Assembly (NCBI RefSeq): GCF_001194135.2
Contig: NC_068998.1
Coordinates: forward strand, 34,558,787-34,622,786
Reading direction: 5' to 3'
Origin: Octopus bimaculoides
Lineage: Eukaryota
DNA length: 64,000 nucleotides
In this document: positions 41,037-54,859 of the stretch, piece after piece
Layout: each line of letters opens with the position of its first letter
Numbering within the stretch: position 1 is the stretch's first letter
Notes under the pieces: generated by a model
Databases searched by the model: none
What the model was told of the DNA's origin: nothing
What the model saw: the letters and a program-made list of their open reading frames with translations, nothing else
Program-made: the position numbers and the translations under genes

Positions 41037-41959
41037 AAATTGAGAGAGTGGAACAAATAAAATCCAGCCTGTATATGTTTCCAAGCTAACAGATCCTGTG
41101 ATGCAATAATTACCTAATGAGGGGTACTCAGTTATTTACTCACCAGCCCGAAGATACCTAAATTATATGAAGAAGGTTACATTGTCGTTAAGGAAGTGCA
41201 AGTTAATTCACCAAAAATGAAGTGATTTGAAATGAGTGGTGAAACCAGAAGAAAAGAATAAAAAACAAAATAAAAACCAAATGAAAAAAGTTTGAAGAAA
41301 TAAAATGGTCAGTAAGTGAGGAAAGAGAAAGAAAAGGTCAAATATTTGGGAGTGGAGAATTGTATAAAGTGGTTATGAATAAAGAAAAGAAAAGGGGGGG
41401 AGAAAGAAGTGGGTTTAGGGTAGAGAGAAGCTGACTTTAAGAGGAAAGGTCATTGTGAATATTAAGCTGAGGCCAAGTTACTATGTCAACAGTAAACAAA
41501 TGCTTAGGCACACTTATGCATACACATTTATAAAGAATAATAGGATAAATGTTAGAAGAAATGGAATGGTCAAGAATAAGAAGAGGTCAAATATTTAGGA
41601 GTAGAAAGTTGTAGCCTTTAAGGGAAAACATACCAGGCACAGGTTAAGTTGGTCACTTACTACTTTACAGTACATATATACACACATTCATGTATCCGTG
41701 CATACACTCACTGCATGCCTATAGTATCAACATAAGTATGCATGTATATGGAGGATGCGTGTGTGTGTTCATGCGTACATGCACACTGATTCCTGTATGT
41801 AAAGTGGAAGCTATAAAGAGATCACAAAGTTAAGGAAATATATACAAAAATAGCACAAAAAAGTACATGTCATAAATACATAGAAGAAATACAAGTGGAG
41901 GAGATGTAAGAGGATTAGCCAGGGAATTATCAGGGAAAGCACTATCAGTTGTAGCTTAA

Positions 41960-44070
41960 GTATGTATTGCATAATTTGTGTGAGCAATTAATAATAAGGC
42001 CACTTCATTTATTAAGTCAGCTGCTGCATTGCATAATAGATAAGACTTCACATTTATTGTTATAACTATTATACAATTTCACATGGGTAACAATGGATCA
42101 TTCTAAACTGTATACAACTAAGTTATGTTTTAAGTTATGAATGAGCCTAGACAGAGAAATGCTGTTAATTTTCTCTTGAGATTTAAAGCTAGAGTAGTAG
42201 TTACTAATTCTGCATGAGCCAATATATACATACTTGGAATCTTCTGTGGAGACCATACATTTATATATGGTGTTCTTATTGAGGCGTTTATTTCCTAAAG
42301 GACAGGAGGTGTAATATGTACAGGTGCATGCATTTCTATAAGGTGCTAAAGTGGAATTTGTGGGATTATGATTATGTGAGGTTAATCTGGTGCTACAGGT
42401 AATATCAACCTCAGTGTTAGGATTGGTATTGTTTATGGTGGTGCAGGAGCCATCTGGGAGCTGTAGCTTAGAGTAGCTCTCATGTCTGGTGATATCGTTC
42501 CTGTTATTTCCTACGATGGTAGTCAGTATAGCCATATTGCTAGGTTGGTTAAGGGTATTGGGTGAAGTATTAAGATTAGAGGTGGGGAGAGGATCAATGT
42601 TGGTAAGAAGGTTTAAGAATGTCCTAAGGCTATGGGCAGGGGACTGGGGTTGGAGTGTGTTGTATTAACATGGTTAAAGTTAACTAATTTCTGGTTATGT
42701 AGCTTTTTATTGTTATGTCACTGAATTATACTTGCAATGTAAGTTGTGGTGGAGTAAAAAAATTAAATAGATTGGGAGTTGAAGATCCTTCTAATGGTAC
42801 TGGACTGAGGGAAATGCTTTTCAAGCAGAGCAAAGAAAAGCTTAGGTAGTCTGGTCTCAATATTAAGGGCAAGGGGTGGGGTGAAACCAGATAACCTCAT
42901 GTGTCCTGTTTTATTCCATTCTAGGGGTCTGCTTGTGTATGGTTTATGGTAGGGGGTGCACGTTGGTATGGATTTTAATAGGCAGCAGTGGATTTGGGAT
43001 CCAGAATCCCTGGGTAGAAGAATGCCTATTGGTTTTGCTACTAAGGTTAAATTTGAGGATTACAGGTAAGTTCACCACCATCAATTCACTGTGAAGAAAG
43101 TTCACTATGAGGAAAGTTTACTGAGAAAATAAATCCACAGTATGTCATCATTAATAGTTAAAAATTATTTTATTGAAGGTAAAAAATGAACTAATGATGG
43201 TGAACTTTCTCTGCAGTTAATTGATGATGGAGAACTTACTGGACATGAAATTTGAGGGATTATGGGAGACACCTCAGGTTTTATCTAAGGAAACAGAGGT
43301 CTAAGAAATTTGTGGTTTTAAGATTGCAACAGAAAGTTACATTAAGGCGCACGTTCTTAAGGAAGTATTTAATTCTTTTACAAAGTTGTTGGACTTCCCA
43401 GTTATGAAAGTTCGGGACTGCTAAAACAGCATCATCCCTATACAGACCATTGGAAATATTCAGAAATTGGTCCCAGAGACAGTGGAGCAAGTAACACCTT
43501 ACAAGGTTGGTTACTTGAGCCAAGTCACTTGCCCCATTGAAATGTCGAAGTAGTTGGGGGTGTGCTTACAGGCCTAAAGTTTTCTGTCAAATTTTATAAC
43601 AGTTCGATAGGCAACCAGTATAATATTCATATCACCTGTAGTTAGGTCAGAATTTTAGTGCAAAGATGAGAGCTTTATGAAGTAGGATAGGGGATACACC
43701 AGAATAGTATTTGTCCTATATCAGCTTGAATGAATTTGTATTTATTTTTGGGAGTTAAGGACTTAAACCATTGGATGGCTTCAATGGAGTTTTAATATTA
43801 TCTTAGAACGAAGATGGAGTAGAATTCTATCTAAGATAATTTTGCTAATTTTACCTATATTGAAGCTGGAGGGGCAGATAAGGTCAACAGAAGGGTTCAC
43901 AACAAAATTTTCTTTATGGTCCTTTAAGTTCAGATGGGATGGTCAAGGTTTGAAAGGTTCAGTTCTATCTTCTGAGCCAAGTTTAAAAACTAAATCTCAA
44001 GTCTTTAGGTGAATATACTTCAGGACAGAGTCTGGTACAATTTGGTTATCCTTTATGTGGTTGTTTAAGA
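41960..44070 (-). mobile_element. Penelope-like element (RT plus GIY-YIG endonuclease), degenerate
   Basis: LKDHKENFVVNPSVDLICPSSFNIGKISKIILDRI; YFDISMG; LYRDD; TTNFLDL; LLEKHFP..RRIFN; CTC..SCPLGNK..IYKCMV..YVYIG. Confidence 0.92.
43063..43247. mobile_element. 185-bp TIR MITE inserted in the Penelope-like element
   Basis: About 40-bp imperfect TIRs gtaagttcaccaccatcaattcactgtgaagaaagttcac / gtaagttctccatcatcaattaactgcagagaaagttcac; flanks aaatttgaggatta and aaatttgagggatta. Confidence 0.8.
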
Positions 44071-44079
44071 ATCAGATAT

Positions 44080-44443
44080 AGGCATGGTTGTGTGGTATTT
44101 TGTTTCCAAACCACATGGTTTCCACTGCATAACATCTTGGGTAAGTGTCTTCTACTATAGCCACAGGCCTACCAAAGCCTTGTGACTGGATTTAGTAAAT
44201 GAAAACTGAAAGAAGCCCGTCATATATGAATGTGTGTGTGTGAGTGTGTGTTTGTGTGAGTGTGTGTTTGTGTGTGTGGGGGGGTCTGTGTTTATCCCTC
44301 ACTACTTCTTGACAACTGGTGCTGGTGTCTTTAGCAGCTCAGCTAAAGAGGCTGACAGAATAAGTACCAGGTTTAAAAAATAAGTTCTTCAAGGCAGTGT
44401 TCCAGCATGGCCACTGTCTAATGACTGAAACAAGTAAAAGATA
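44080..44443 (+). mobile_element. SINE family 1 copy
   Basis: Head, (TG)n, tail ccagcatggccactgtctaatgactgaaacaagtaaaag. Confidence 0.85.
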
Positions 44444-45253
44444 TTCATAAGAATAAGCATACATTTAAACACTTGGCAAAAGTGTTTGTTCAAAATGAGT
44501 AAATGAATATGCATGAGATTTTTTGTTGCCTGTCAGCATTTTCTCTGAGATTTTTAGTGGTATGCTGTATTTATGCATGAATATGTAATGGTCAGCAGTC
44601 CCATAGCAACATTCTTTTCTTTCATTTTCATTTCTTATAAATATGATTTTACTATTTTGACTAAGAATTTTCCAAAAATATCCAGTAATGTGATGTTATG
44701 TATCTATATTTTAATGATGCACAGTTATATATTTATATAACAGATACATCTGTAATTGAATATAACACTGATGCTAGGTAAAGTGTGACTTTCTATTTTC
44801 ATAATTGGTCTTGCATTAAAAATTAAAGGATAGACAACTACATTTCATCAAAATTAACATATAAAACTGAAAGGCATGTTGAAGATATTAATAGTGGGCT
44901 GACATAGAGTGGCTTCCCTTAGTATGATTCATAATAGTTAATGACTGTTTTTTTCTTTTTACTCTGAAGGCTTGCATAAACTAGCGATGTATCACATCTT
45001 AGAATACAAGAGCAAAGATAACTGAAATCTTTTAGCTGCTTGCATTTAAAGAATAAACGTTTGTATCTAGAAGCATAAACATAGACACACTGAGGATTAT
45101 TCAAGAATTACATGAAGCAAACTTTCATCTTCTTTCTTATCTCAATGTTCACAGAAGGAAGTTGCATTAATATCATTACACAGTGAGCTGATGGATGATG
45201 AAACTGACAGTAATAATGTGATCAACAGCTAATCCAGATTTTGCATATATATA

Positions 45254-45285
<32 letters not shown>

Positions 45286-45675
45286 GATAGATAGATAGAT
45301 AGATATAGATATAGATATAATATGTCTGTGTATATGTACAGATATAATATATGTATATATATNNNNNNNNNNNNNNNNNNNNNNNNNNNNNNNNNNNNNN
45401 NNNNNNNNNNNNTGTGTATGTATATATATATACATGCATGCACATATGCATATGCACACACAGACATGCATACAACATATAATTGATTATTGATTAGTCT
45501 ATCATATTTTTTGTTAGATTCCTGTGGCTTCTGCAGTGATTAAAATCAGATCCTAATCATCCCTTATGTTTTCAAGCATGTTTTATTTGTTTTTATGTAA
45601 CTGTTTTATTGTTATTGGGACTGTTTATTTTTTATATTTTCATTTGGTTGTTTCTATTAGTATTAATGCAATAAG

Positions 45676-45721
<46 letters not shown>

Positions 45722-47961
45722 ACATATGGGATTTGTATTTGAGGTTTGTGTATGGCTGGTGATTTTAATTGACATTAACCTTACTTGCCCATATTCTTAC
45801 TGTTCTTTGTGCACTTACTCTACTTATTTTTTCTTGTGAATGTGTGTGTGCATGCACGCATGTGTGCCTTCAATATTGGCTTCCATTATGTGTACTGCTT
45901 GTGTAAACTGGCAAATGTTGGATCTTTCAAATGTCTGGAAAAAATTTTGTTTATTTCAGTATTGTTTATTGATTCAGTGTATTTCTGCATTGCATGTTCA
46001 TTGAGTTTGGATGTCATCATGTTTGTGCCAGTGTTTGCAAATCTTTTCATTTATATCATCGGCCATTTCTTGTATTGGTGTTTTATACTGCTCTTTATTA
46101 TACTTCATGTGTTACAGCACCTCCTTAGTTTTGCAGCTTATCTTTGCATTGGTTGTACACACACTACAATTGTTGTCAGTGTAGAGGTTTTCTTCACTGA
46201 GTATGACTTGCATAATGGTAATTTAGTGAATTTTTTTATCCTAGATAGTTCCTATTTATAGAACAAGGAGTCGAATTTATGAAACTGCAACTGATTGAAC
46301 CTGGTGTGTGATTTTGGCATATGTGTGAACATCTTCAAAAAATGGATGTAGAGGGCTGGCATGGGGTTGCCAGTGATGGAGAGTACTGGCGGACCTGGTC
46401 GGCTCTACGCATGATGATGTCTCCTGAGACCACTAACCTGGGACGACCCCAGACTCATCAAGCAAGAACATAAAGCAAGCAAGAAGCATATGTATATTTA
46501 TGTATATTCAAGACTATTGAGTCTACATATAAATGAATAGCTATTGTGTATATACAGATATGGCAGCTAAGTGCATGGGACTCCATATATACATTTGCAT
46601 TAGGGTATTTAAATGCCATAATATACATGTCATTTCGCATTTTCTTTTTAAATGTATACATGTAGAGATGCATGTAATAATAAACTTCTGTATGAGTGTG
46701 TGGAGGGGGACAGAGATTACTCACAAAAATATTCCTCAGCATTCATATAAATGCATATATAAATACATAATTATACATACCCACACATACATGTATGCTC
46801 AAGAGTATATATGTATGTAATTATGTGAACAGAATCTATGTATATTTACACATATATGTGTATTTATGCATGAGTGTGTGTGTATGTGTATATGTATGTA
46901 AGTGTGTGTGTATGTATATGTATATGTATGTATAGATAATTTTTTCATACGTGTGTATAAATTTTTTTTCTAAGTACACAAACTGTCTAACCCCGATGAA
47001 TAATAATTCATATTCTCTAATTCAATTTTACATTCCTATAAACTATATTAAATTTCAGTTCTGCAAACTCAACTACAATAAGCTCATTGTTCTGATTGTA
47101 TTCATGAAAGAGAGTCTACAGATATGACTTGATATTCATGACTACAATATTTACACTCTGGTAAAGCAGACCCTCAACAAATCTTCAAACTTCATTGTCA
47201 ACAGTTTGTAAAAATATATTTTATACACTACATATAACTATTGAGAATGTCTTTACATTATATATGTATAATATCCCTTTGTGTATGTATGTATGTGTTT
47301 GTGTGTGTGTGTGTATGTATGTGTGTGTGTGTACATATATACATACACGTATATATATGGGTACATGCACACACACAGACACACACACACACACACATAT
47401 GTATGTGTATATGAATGAGCATAGATATATATACACATATGTGTATACATCTATGCTCACTCATATATACACACACACACACACACACACCACACACACA
47501 CACACACATATATATATGAGAAAAATTAGATGAAAGTAGAGTAGACGAAAACTAAATGGACGGGAAATTAGACAATGATACGATACACGGAATATTTGCA
47601 GTTGAGTTTTCCTCTTCAGTCAAAGACGCAAAATACATTAGCAGTTTCACACCAATTACCTTTGATACTGCTTGATTTTGCAGATGCCAGTGCTTTTATT
47701 AAGCTACTGGGGAAGATAGTAAATGTGTGCTAAAACAGAAACAAACAAGACATATAAATACAACAGACAACAAATAATGCATGTATAACAGCACAAAGCC
47801 TTACGGCTATATACAAATGAAGAAAAAGTAATAATTATACATTACCACAAATATAACAGAAAGAACTTTGCAACTGTCGAACGAACTGTGTAGGGTTGTG
47901 CAAAGAGGAAATAGATTAAGTCCCAGAGGACAGAATGGATGTAGCAGGTGGCATGAGCAGA

Positions 47962-48190
47962 TCAGTCTTCTAGGCTGTAGTTTCCGCCTCAGAATTTCTG
48001 GAACCACCATTGACACTGGCTTACGTTTATTGTCAAATCCCCATATACTGCTTTAATATTCCTCACAATTTCCATTGTGTTATTGCCTTTATTGAACTCA
48101 TAAAGCAAAATATGCCAAATATGCTTCTTTGTCACTTCCATTATAGCTTTGAAAAAGTAACTGTTAAAATCGAACTGCACTCTTCAACTT
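47962..48190 (-). mobile_element. mariner family A, N-terminal fragment
   Basis: KHIWHILLYEFNKGNN...IKAVYGD...QWWFQKF; collinear with 26405-26630. Confidence 0.85.
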
Positions 48191-48614
48191 ATTTTTTTAA
48201 ACCTGGTACTTCAGGGTTTTTCAGTTCAGTGTTTACATGCTGTTATTTATGGAATTTATGTACTTCAAAATTTAGATTTTCTCTGACACTCTGCTTGCAT
48301 TCTATACTGTCTCATGCAAAAAAAATTGATGCTCAGCATGGAATAAATGTCTAATAATTATTTAATCATGCAACCATGCATGAAAATTAATTTACCCATG
48401 ACAACTAAGTTCTAGAATCGTGCTTGATTTAAATAGTATTTTGTTATATTTTCTCTTCATGGAAATACTTATCCTTTTGTAAGTGGTCACTGACCCATGA
48501 AACATATCAAGATAATTTCTTATTTTTCTGTGTTTGAAGAGAGTTACAAGAAAAAATAGTGAAAGACATAAAACATGTAGTTTAGTTGCATTAAGACTGT
48601 CACCAGTATTCTAA

Positions 48615-50447
48615 TAAAAAAAATGTGCTGTACATATATATATATTCGTTGACATGGAAAAAGCCTTTGACAGGGTCCCCTGATTCCTTATCTGGTGGTC
48701 AATGAGGAAATTAGGGATAGATGAATGGTTAGTGAGAGCTGTACAAGCCATGTACAGGGATGCTGTCAATAAGGTGAGGGCTGGCAATGAGTACACTGAA
48801 GAATTCCGGGTAGGAATAGAAGCCCACCAAGGATCAGTCCTCAGCCCCTTCTTATTCATCATAGTCCTCCAGGCAATAACAGAGGAATTCAAGACAGGAT
48901 GCTCCTAGAAGCTTCTCTATGCTGATGACCTTGCGCTAATTGATGAGTTACTNNNNNNNNNNNNNNNNNNNNNNNNNNNNNNNNNNNNNNNNNNNNNNNN
49001 NNNNNNNNNNNNNNNNNNNNNNNNNNNNNNNNNNNNNNNNNNNNNNNNNNNNNNNNNNNNNNNNNNNNNNNNNNNNNNNNNNNNNNNNNNNNNNNNNNNN
49101 NNNNNNNNNNNNNNNNNNNNNNNNNNNNNNNNNNNNNNNNNNNNNNNNNNNNNNNNNNNNNNNNNNNNNNNNNNNNNNNNNNNNNNNNNNNNNNNNNNNN
49201 NNNNNNNNNNNNNNNNNNNNNNNNNNNNNNNNNNNNNNAAGATAGTTTTTGTGTGTGGCAAATGCTCAGGAGCAATAAACACTGAAAACGTGCAGAGAAC
49301 AGCTTCTGTTACATTCCAGGGGGGAAAAACTAGAAGTAGTTGATAGCTTCCATTACCTAGGTGACCAAGTCAGTTGCGGGGGTGGATGCTCTGAAAGTGT
49401 AGCTGCTAGAATAAGAATAGCCTGGGCAAAGTTCAGAGAGCTCTTTCCGCTGCTGGTGACAAAGGGCCTCTCACTCAGAGTAAAAGGTAGACTGTATGAT
49501 GCATGTGTGTGAACAGCTATGCTACATGGCAGTGAAACATGGGCCATGACTGCTGAGGACATGCATAAACTTGCAAGGAATGAAGTCAGTATGCTTCGCT
49601 GGATGTGTAATGTCAGTGTGCTTACATGACAAAGTGTAAGCGCCCTGAGAGAAAAGTTGGACTTTAGAAGCATCAGATGTTGTGTACAAGAGAGACAATT
49701 GTGCTGGTATAGTCGTGTGTTGTGAATTGATGAGGACAGCTGTGTGAAAATGTGTCATACCCTAGCAGATGAGGGAGCTTGTGGAAGAGGTAGACCCAGA
49801 AAGACCTGGGATGAGGTGGAGAAGCAAGACCTTCGAACATTGGGCCTCGCTGAGGCAATGACAAGTGACTGAGACCTTTGGAGATATGCTGTGCTTGAGA
49901 AGACTTGGCAAGCCATGTGAGACCATAACCATGACCTATACCAGTGCTGTATAACCAGCCCATTTAAGAGTACCCTTCAATCAGTGGACAATAAACTATG
50001 CTTGCGAAGACCTGTTGAGGCAAGTAAAATCACTGTCATGGCCGATGACAGAACCGCCTGATTGGCACCCATGCCAGTAGAATGTTAAAAGCACCATTCG
50101 AGCAAGATCGTTCCCAGGGCCACTGACTGGCTCCCATGTCGGTGGCATGTAAAAAAAAAGCACTATTCGAGCATGGTCATTGCCAGTGCCACTGGCTCCT
50201 GTGCAGGTGGCTCATAAAAGCACCATTTGAGCGTGGCCAAAGCCAGTACCACCTAATTGGCCCTCGTGCTGGTGGCATGTAAAAGCACTCACTACACTCT
50301 CAGAATCATTGGCAATAGGAAGGGCATCCAGCTGTAGAAATTTTGCCAGATCAGATTGGAGACTGATGCAGTCTTCTGGCTCGCCAGCCCTCAGTCAAAC
50401 TGTCCAACCCATGCCAGCATGGAAAGTGGATCTTAAACGATGATGAT
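48615..50447 (+). mobile_element. RTE-clade LINE, 5'-truncated (RT, C-terminus, modular 3' UTR, GAT tail); N gap 48953-49238
   Basis: FVDMEKAFDRVP, HQGSVLSPFLF, YADD at 48918-48929, YLGD, MLHGSETW, GRGRPRKTW; in-frame stops. Confidence 0.95.
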
Positions 50448-50659
50448 AATTAAGACTCAGTTGAATTAAGTACTTAAATTGAGGCACCAAGCCAGTTCAG
50501 TATAGTATGCACAGCTCGAAGTTAAGTGAATAAAAAGCAAATAAGTAACAAGGATGTCCGGGTATATTTCTAGACAATAGAGGGTATATTATGAATGATA
50601 TGACACCCCAGATAATTTCTGCCACAAAATCATAGTATGATATGTATATTATTATCTGC

Positions 50660-51094
50660 TTCTAAAAGGTACAGGTAATCCTAAGTACACAAGATGCTCT
50701 AAGGTCTAATTTACTATTAATTGGGTTTATCTCTATATTTAAAAATTTCGTAAATTTCCCTACAATATAGTTCACATCCATATCAGCTATCTTTGTATGG
50801 TTGAGCTCTACGGACTATATCCCATTTTAGGCTAAATTCACTATTGCTATCCTTAAGTTACCAAATTTTCATAGATAATGAGGTATTGTTGGCTTTATGT
50901 CTAAGTTAAAAGATGAGAAATGGTTGTTTAGTCGCTTCTTCATATCTACAGAGCACCCAATGTAAATGAAGTTATTTGTTTCCATCATTATTGTACATTT
51001 GTATATGACATTTTGAGCTAAACACTGACCTAATAACAAGCATTTAGATCCTACCCTACAATTACAGCTACGGATATTATTGCTATTATTATCA

Positions 51095-51144
<50 letters not shown>

Positions 51145-51146
51145 GT

Positions 51147-51186
<40 letters not shown>

Positions 51187-52750
51187 TCTGTCATTTATAG
51201 TACTATCATTAGAGGTATCACTCACATTCGTTGTAGTTTTAATAAGTGTTACACCAATAATACTCAAATTATTATATCTACCATTATCACTATTTACATT
51301 AGTTCCTTTATTTTGGATTCCTGCATATCTACTATTTATTATCATCATTGTTGGGGGTTAAAACACTATTAATATTATTAGTATTATCAATCTCGCTGGC
51401 TAAGTTTATATTTCTCTTGTTAAATTGGGTTATAATTGTACCTATATTAGGAAGGGTGGAATATGAAATTCTGATTGTCTTACAGGAGAAGAATTTGTTA
51501 TACTTATGTGCAGCTGGGAAGTTTTTTCCAAAATTGTCATAAATTTATTATAAATAACGATAATCATGATGACGTTGAGGATGATGATGATTAGTGGAGA
51601 TTACAAAATTGAAGGGAATGTTGTATCAGACTACGATATTATTCCTAGAATTCCTATGTTTATGAAAGCTGATTTTATCAGTACTTCTACTACTTCCCGA
51701 ATCTCCATTTGATTATTAATTATGGTCTCATTATCGGTATTTATGTTACCATTCATCTCAATCACATCCTTACTATTATTATACATGTTAGACATTTTAC
51801 TGTCTTTAGATTCTATTTCATTATTGGGATACATATTATTCTTTGTTTTAATAGGAACAATACAGACAATTCTAGCAGGTATATCTGCTTGACTAGATGA
51901 GCTATTGTTCTTCTTTTCCCTTCTATTTTCTTTACTGTGTCTAGGTGGTATTTGTCTTTCCAAATTAAGGAAAGCAATCTTCCAATTGTATCCTGCTTTA
52001 GATAGAGAAGAGTTATAGTAGTGGGAATATGAGTTAAATATATCCCTATTAGTTGATAATTTGCTCAAAATTCTTTTTACTACTGATTTTAATACATTAG
52101 CGGGATGATTAGAAGATTTGTACACATACCTAGTAACTTCATCTGCCTTTCTATAGGGGTAATATAAACTAGAGTTTATATATAGTGTAGTGTCTAAGAA
52201 GTTAGCTACTTTCATGTCATAATCGAAAGTGAGTCCTAGGTTAAAGCTTTTGAAGAATTTTCTGATTTTTTCCCACATTCTTTCTAAAGAATCAGCCCTA
52301 TAAAGACCACCCTGCAGTTCAGGAATTTACACTGCTAAGATACTTTAAGAGATATGCACCAACCAAATCAGTAAGCTGGATCGAGTCGCTTGAACGCATA
52401 GCAACATCAAAATTATTAGGTGTCATACCTCATCCATAACCTACCCTCAAATTCTATGATAGTTTTCCTACCTAAGAGACTAATATCTATTTTGTCCCTG
52501 GTTATAAGAGAGACGCTTTTAGCAAAAATCAGGGACTTATTCAAGAGAATAGGAGAGACGCTAGAATAATAACTGCTGATAATAACTGTTTTTAATATAT
52601 TAAATTGGTTAAGTTATGATACACCTCGTAACCCGAGGTCGTAATTCTCACCCTTAAAACATATTTTTATCTCTTTTGTTTTCCACTTTATTCCTTTTTT
52701 ATTTGACAATCTAAATATGAACTAGCCAGCCCTGTCCTTCCTCCTTCTAG
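50660..52750 (-). mobile_element. Penelope-like element (RT plus GIY-YIG) with long low-complexity linkers
   Basis: NFDVAMRSSDS..LVGAYLL, VANFLDTTL..YPYRK..SNHP, FP.AHKYNKFF..ISYSTLPNIG, CNCRVGSKC..IYKC..FIYIG..KKRLNNHFSSF, LKWDIVRRAQPY. Confidence 0.92.
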
Positions 52751-53533
52751 TTATCACCTCTTCCTCAGCAGCCATTCTCTTACTAGCAGCTCTGAGACAT
52801 ATCTTTTTATGTAGATAAAGCTAGATGTATGGTCCCAGTAAAATAAAGGTTGGGGAGAGTAGTATCTGACATTAATTAATTTATCACCATCAACTGGAAC
52901 TTAAGTGTCAACTCCCAATGGATTTAACTCTAAAGGGCTGTAGACTATATGCTGCATAAAATGTTATAAATAAAATGAAGATAAATGTAAATCAACTATC
53001 TCACCATTCCTTTTTCTTGACCCCACTATTTTCCTCTGCTACTCTCTAAATTATAGCAGGCTTTATACATTTTTTCCTAAATTCATTCGGCCACAAACAT
53101 AGCAAAAGGAAACAATATGATTATTTTGGCTTCTAGTACTAATGTAAATTGTACTAAAAAAATGGTTTATCCTTTATATTGNNNNNNNNNNNNNNNNNNN
53201 NNNNNNNNNNNNNNNNNNNNNNNNNNNNNNNNNNNNNNNNNNNNNNNNNNNNNNNNNNNNNNNNNNNNNNNTATATATAAATGAGAAATGCATATACATG
53301 CCATAGATATACAGTCGTACAAATAGGTGCATATACATGCATATTTGCTGCAGAATTATCTGAGTAAATATCCACATCGTTGAAATGGGTGATCAAGTTT
53401 TTCTTCATATGTGTGAAATGCATGCATATGCTCGTACTTGTCATTTTCAGTGCCCTCATTATGATTATATTTTATAATTATACTCAAATATGTGTATATA
53501 TATATATATTTGTGTACGTGTGTATACTTATGT

Positions 53534-53580
<47 letters not shown>

Positions 53581-54061
53581 GGAGAAATTATACAAAATGT
53601 ATAAGTGGATGATGAGTAAANNNNNNNNNNAAGTGGATGATGAGTAAAGCACCAGCACAGTTTCGATTACCTGTTGCTATCCATAGATTGCAGGAACTTC
53701 ATAGTGGTGGTTGAGGAAACAGTATTAATAAAATTAATGGCAAAAAAGATTTCATTTAGTACAACACATGTTTTGACCCATTCTGGGTCTCCTTGAGTAC
53801 ATAAATAAATAAAAAAAATAAAAAGATTCGGTTTTACATATCACTAAATGTCTGTCAACTTTGGGAATGAGTAAAAAACAGAGAAAAGCTGAAATGCAAA
53901 AAATTTAAATATGAACAAGAAAATTCTAGTTTAGAGAAAATGACATAATGAGCCATCACTGTTGTAACTGTTGAGAAAGAAAAGGAAGTAGAAACGAAGA
54001 TAACACTTTCACGAAAAAGTTTTTGTATTCGTGCTCATATGCACATATACATACACAGATA

Positions 54062-54096
<35 letters not shown>

Positions 54097-54101
54097 GTAC
54101 A

Positions 54102-54385
54102 TTATCTTTTACTTGCTTCAGTCATTAGACTGCGACCATACTGAGGCACCACATTAAAGAATTTTTAGTTAAATGAATTACCAAACCATTAAGTTATGGG
54201 GACATAAACACAACACCAGTTGTCAAGTAGTGATGAGTGACATATGCAGAAACAATGATACACACACACACATGACAAGCTTCTTTTAGTTTCCATCTAC
54301 CAAATCCACTCACAAGGCTTTGGTCAGCCTGAGGCTATAGTAGAAGACACTTGCCCAAGGTGCCACATAGTGGGGCTGAACCTGA
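54102..54385 (-). mobile_element. SINE family 1 copy, internally shortened
   Basis: Tail and head halves recognisable. Confidence 0.8.
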
Positions 54386-54859
54386 CCCCACACATGAACA
54401 CCAGCAATGTTTGTATAAGTCCCTCATAAACAATGACTGCTACTCAGGGGTTTGACTTACTGGAAAAAAATACTAGAGTAATTTATCTCACTTAAAAGTA
54501 ATTGCTGGCATTAAGAAGGTGACTAGCTGTATAATAGAGTATCAAGGAGTTTTTGCCAGTACATGCCATTTTAGAAAGAGTGAATGTAAAAATGACAATG
54601 ATGATAGTAATGACAACAGCAATATATGTGTTTGTGTATTCAGTATGTAAATACATGTAGGTATGTGAGGGCATAATGATAAATAATAATTAAAACAGTT
54701 AGTTGAGATGTTTGTCATCTGTTTACTGCTCCTGAAACTATATGTTCCTGGCTAAAAAATGTTACCTGCTATACTCAGCAATAAATGCATGGATTGAAAA
54801 TTATTTTAGCCATTACAACTATGTTCTAGATTGTGCTTGATTTAAATAGCACTGTCCTC

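Noticed and set aside
45785-46261. 158-aa hydrophobic ORF resembling a membrane protein
   Set aside because: T-rich strand bias opposite an A-rich decayed reading; no recognisable family or splice support
49353-49963. Minus-strand ORFs with similar peptides at 28410-28935 and 16213-16551
   Set aside because: Antisense frames of the RTE ORF; the similarity comes from the repeat
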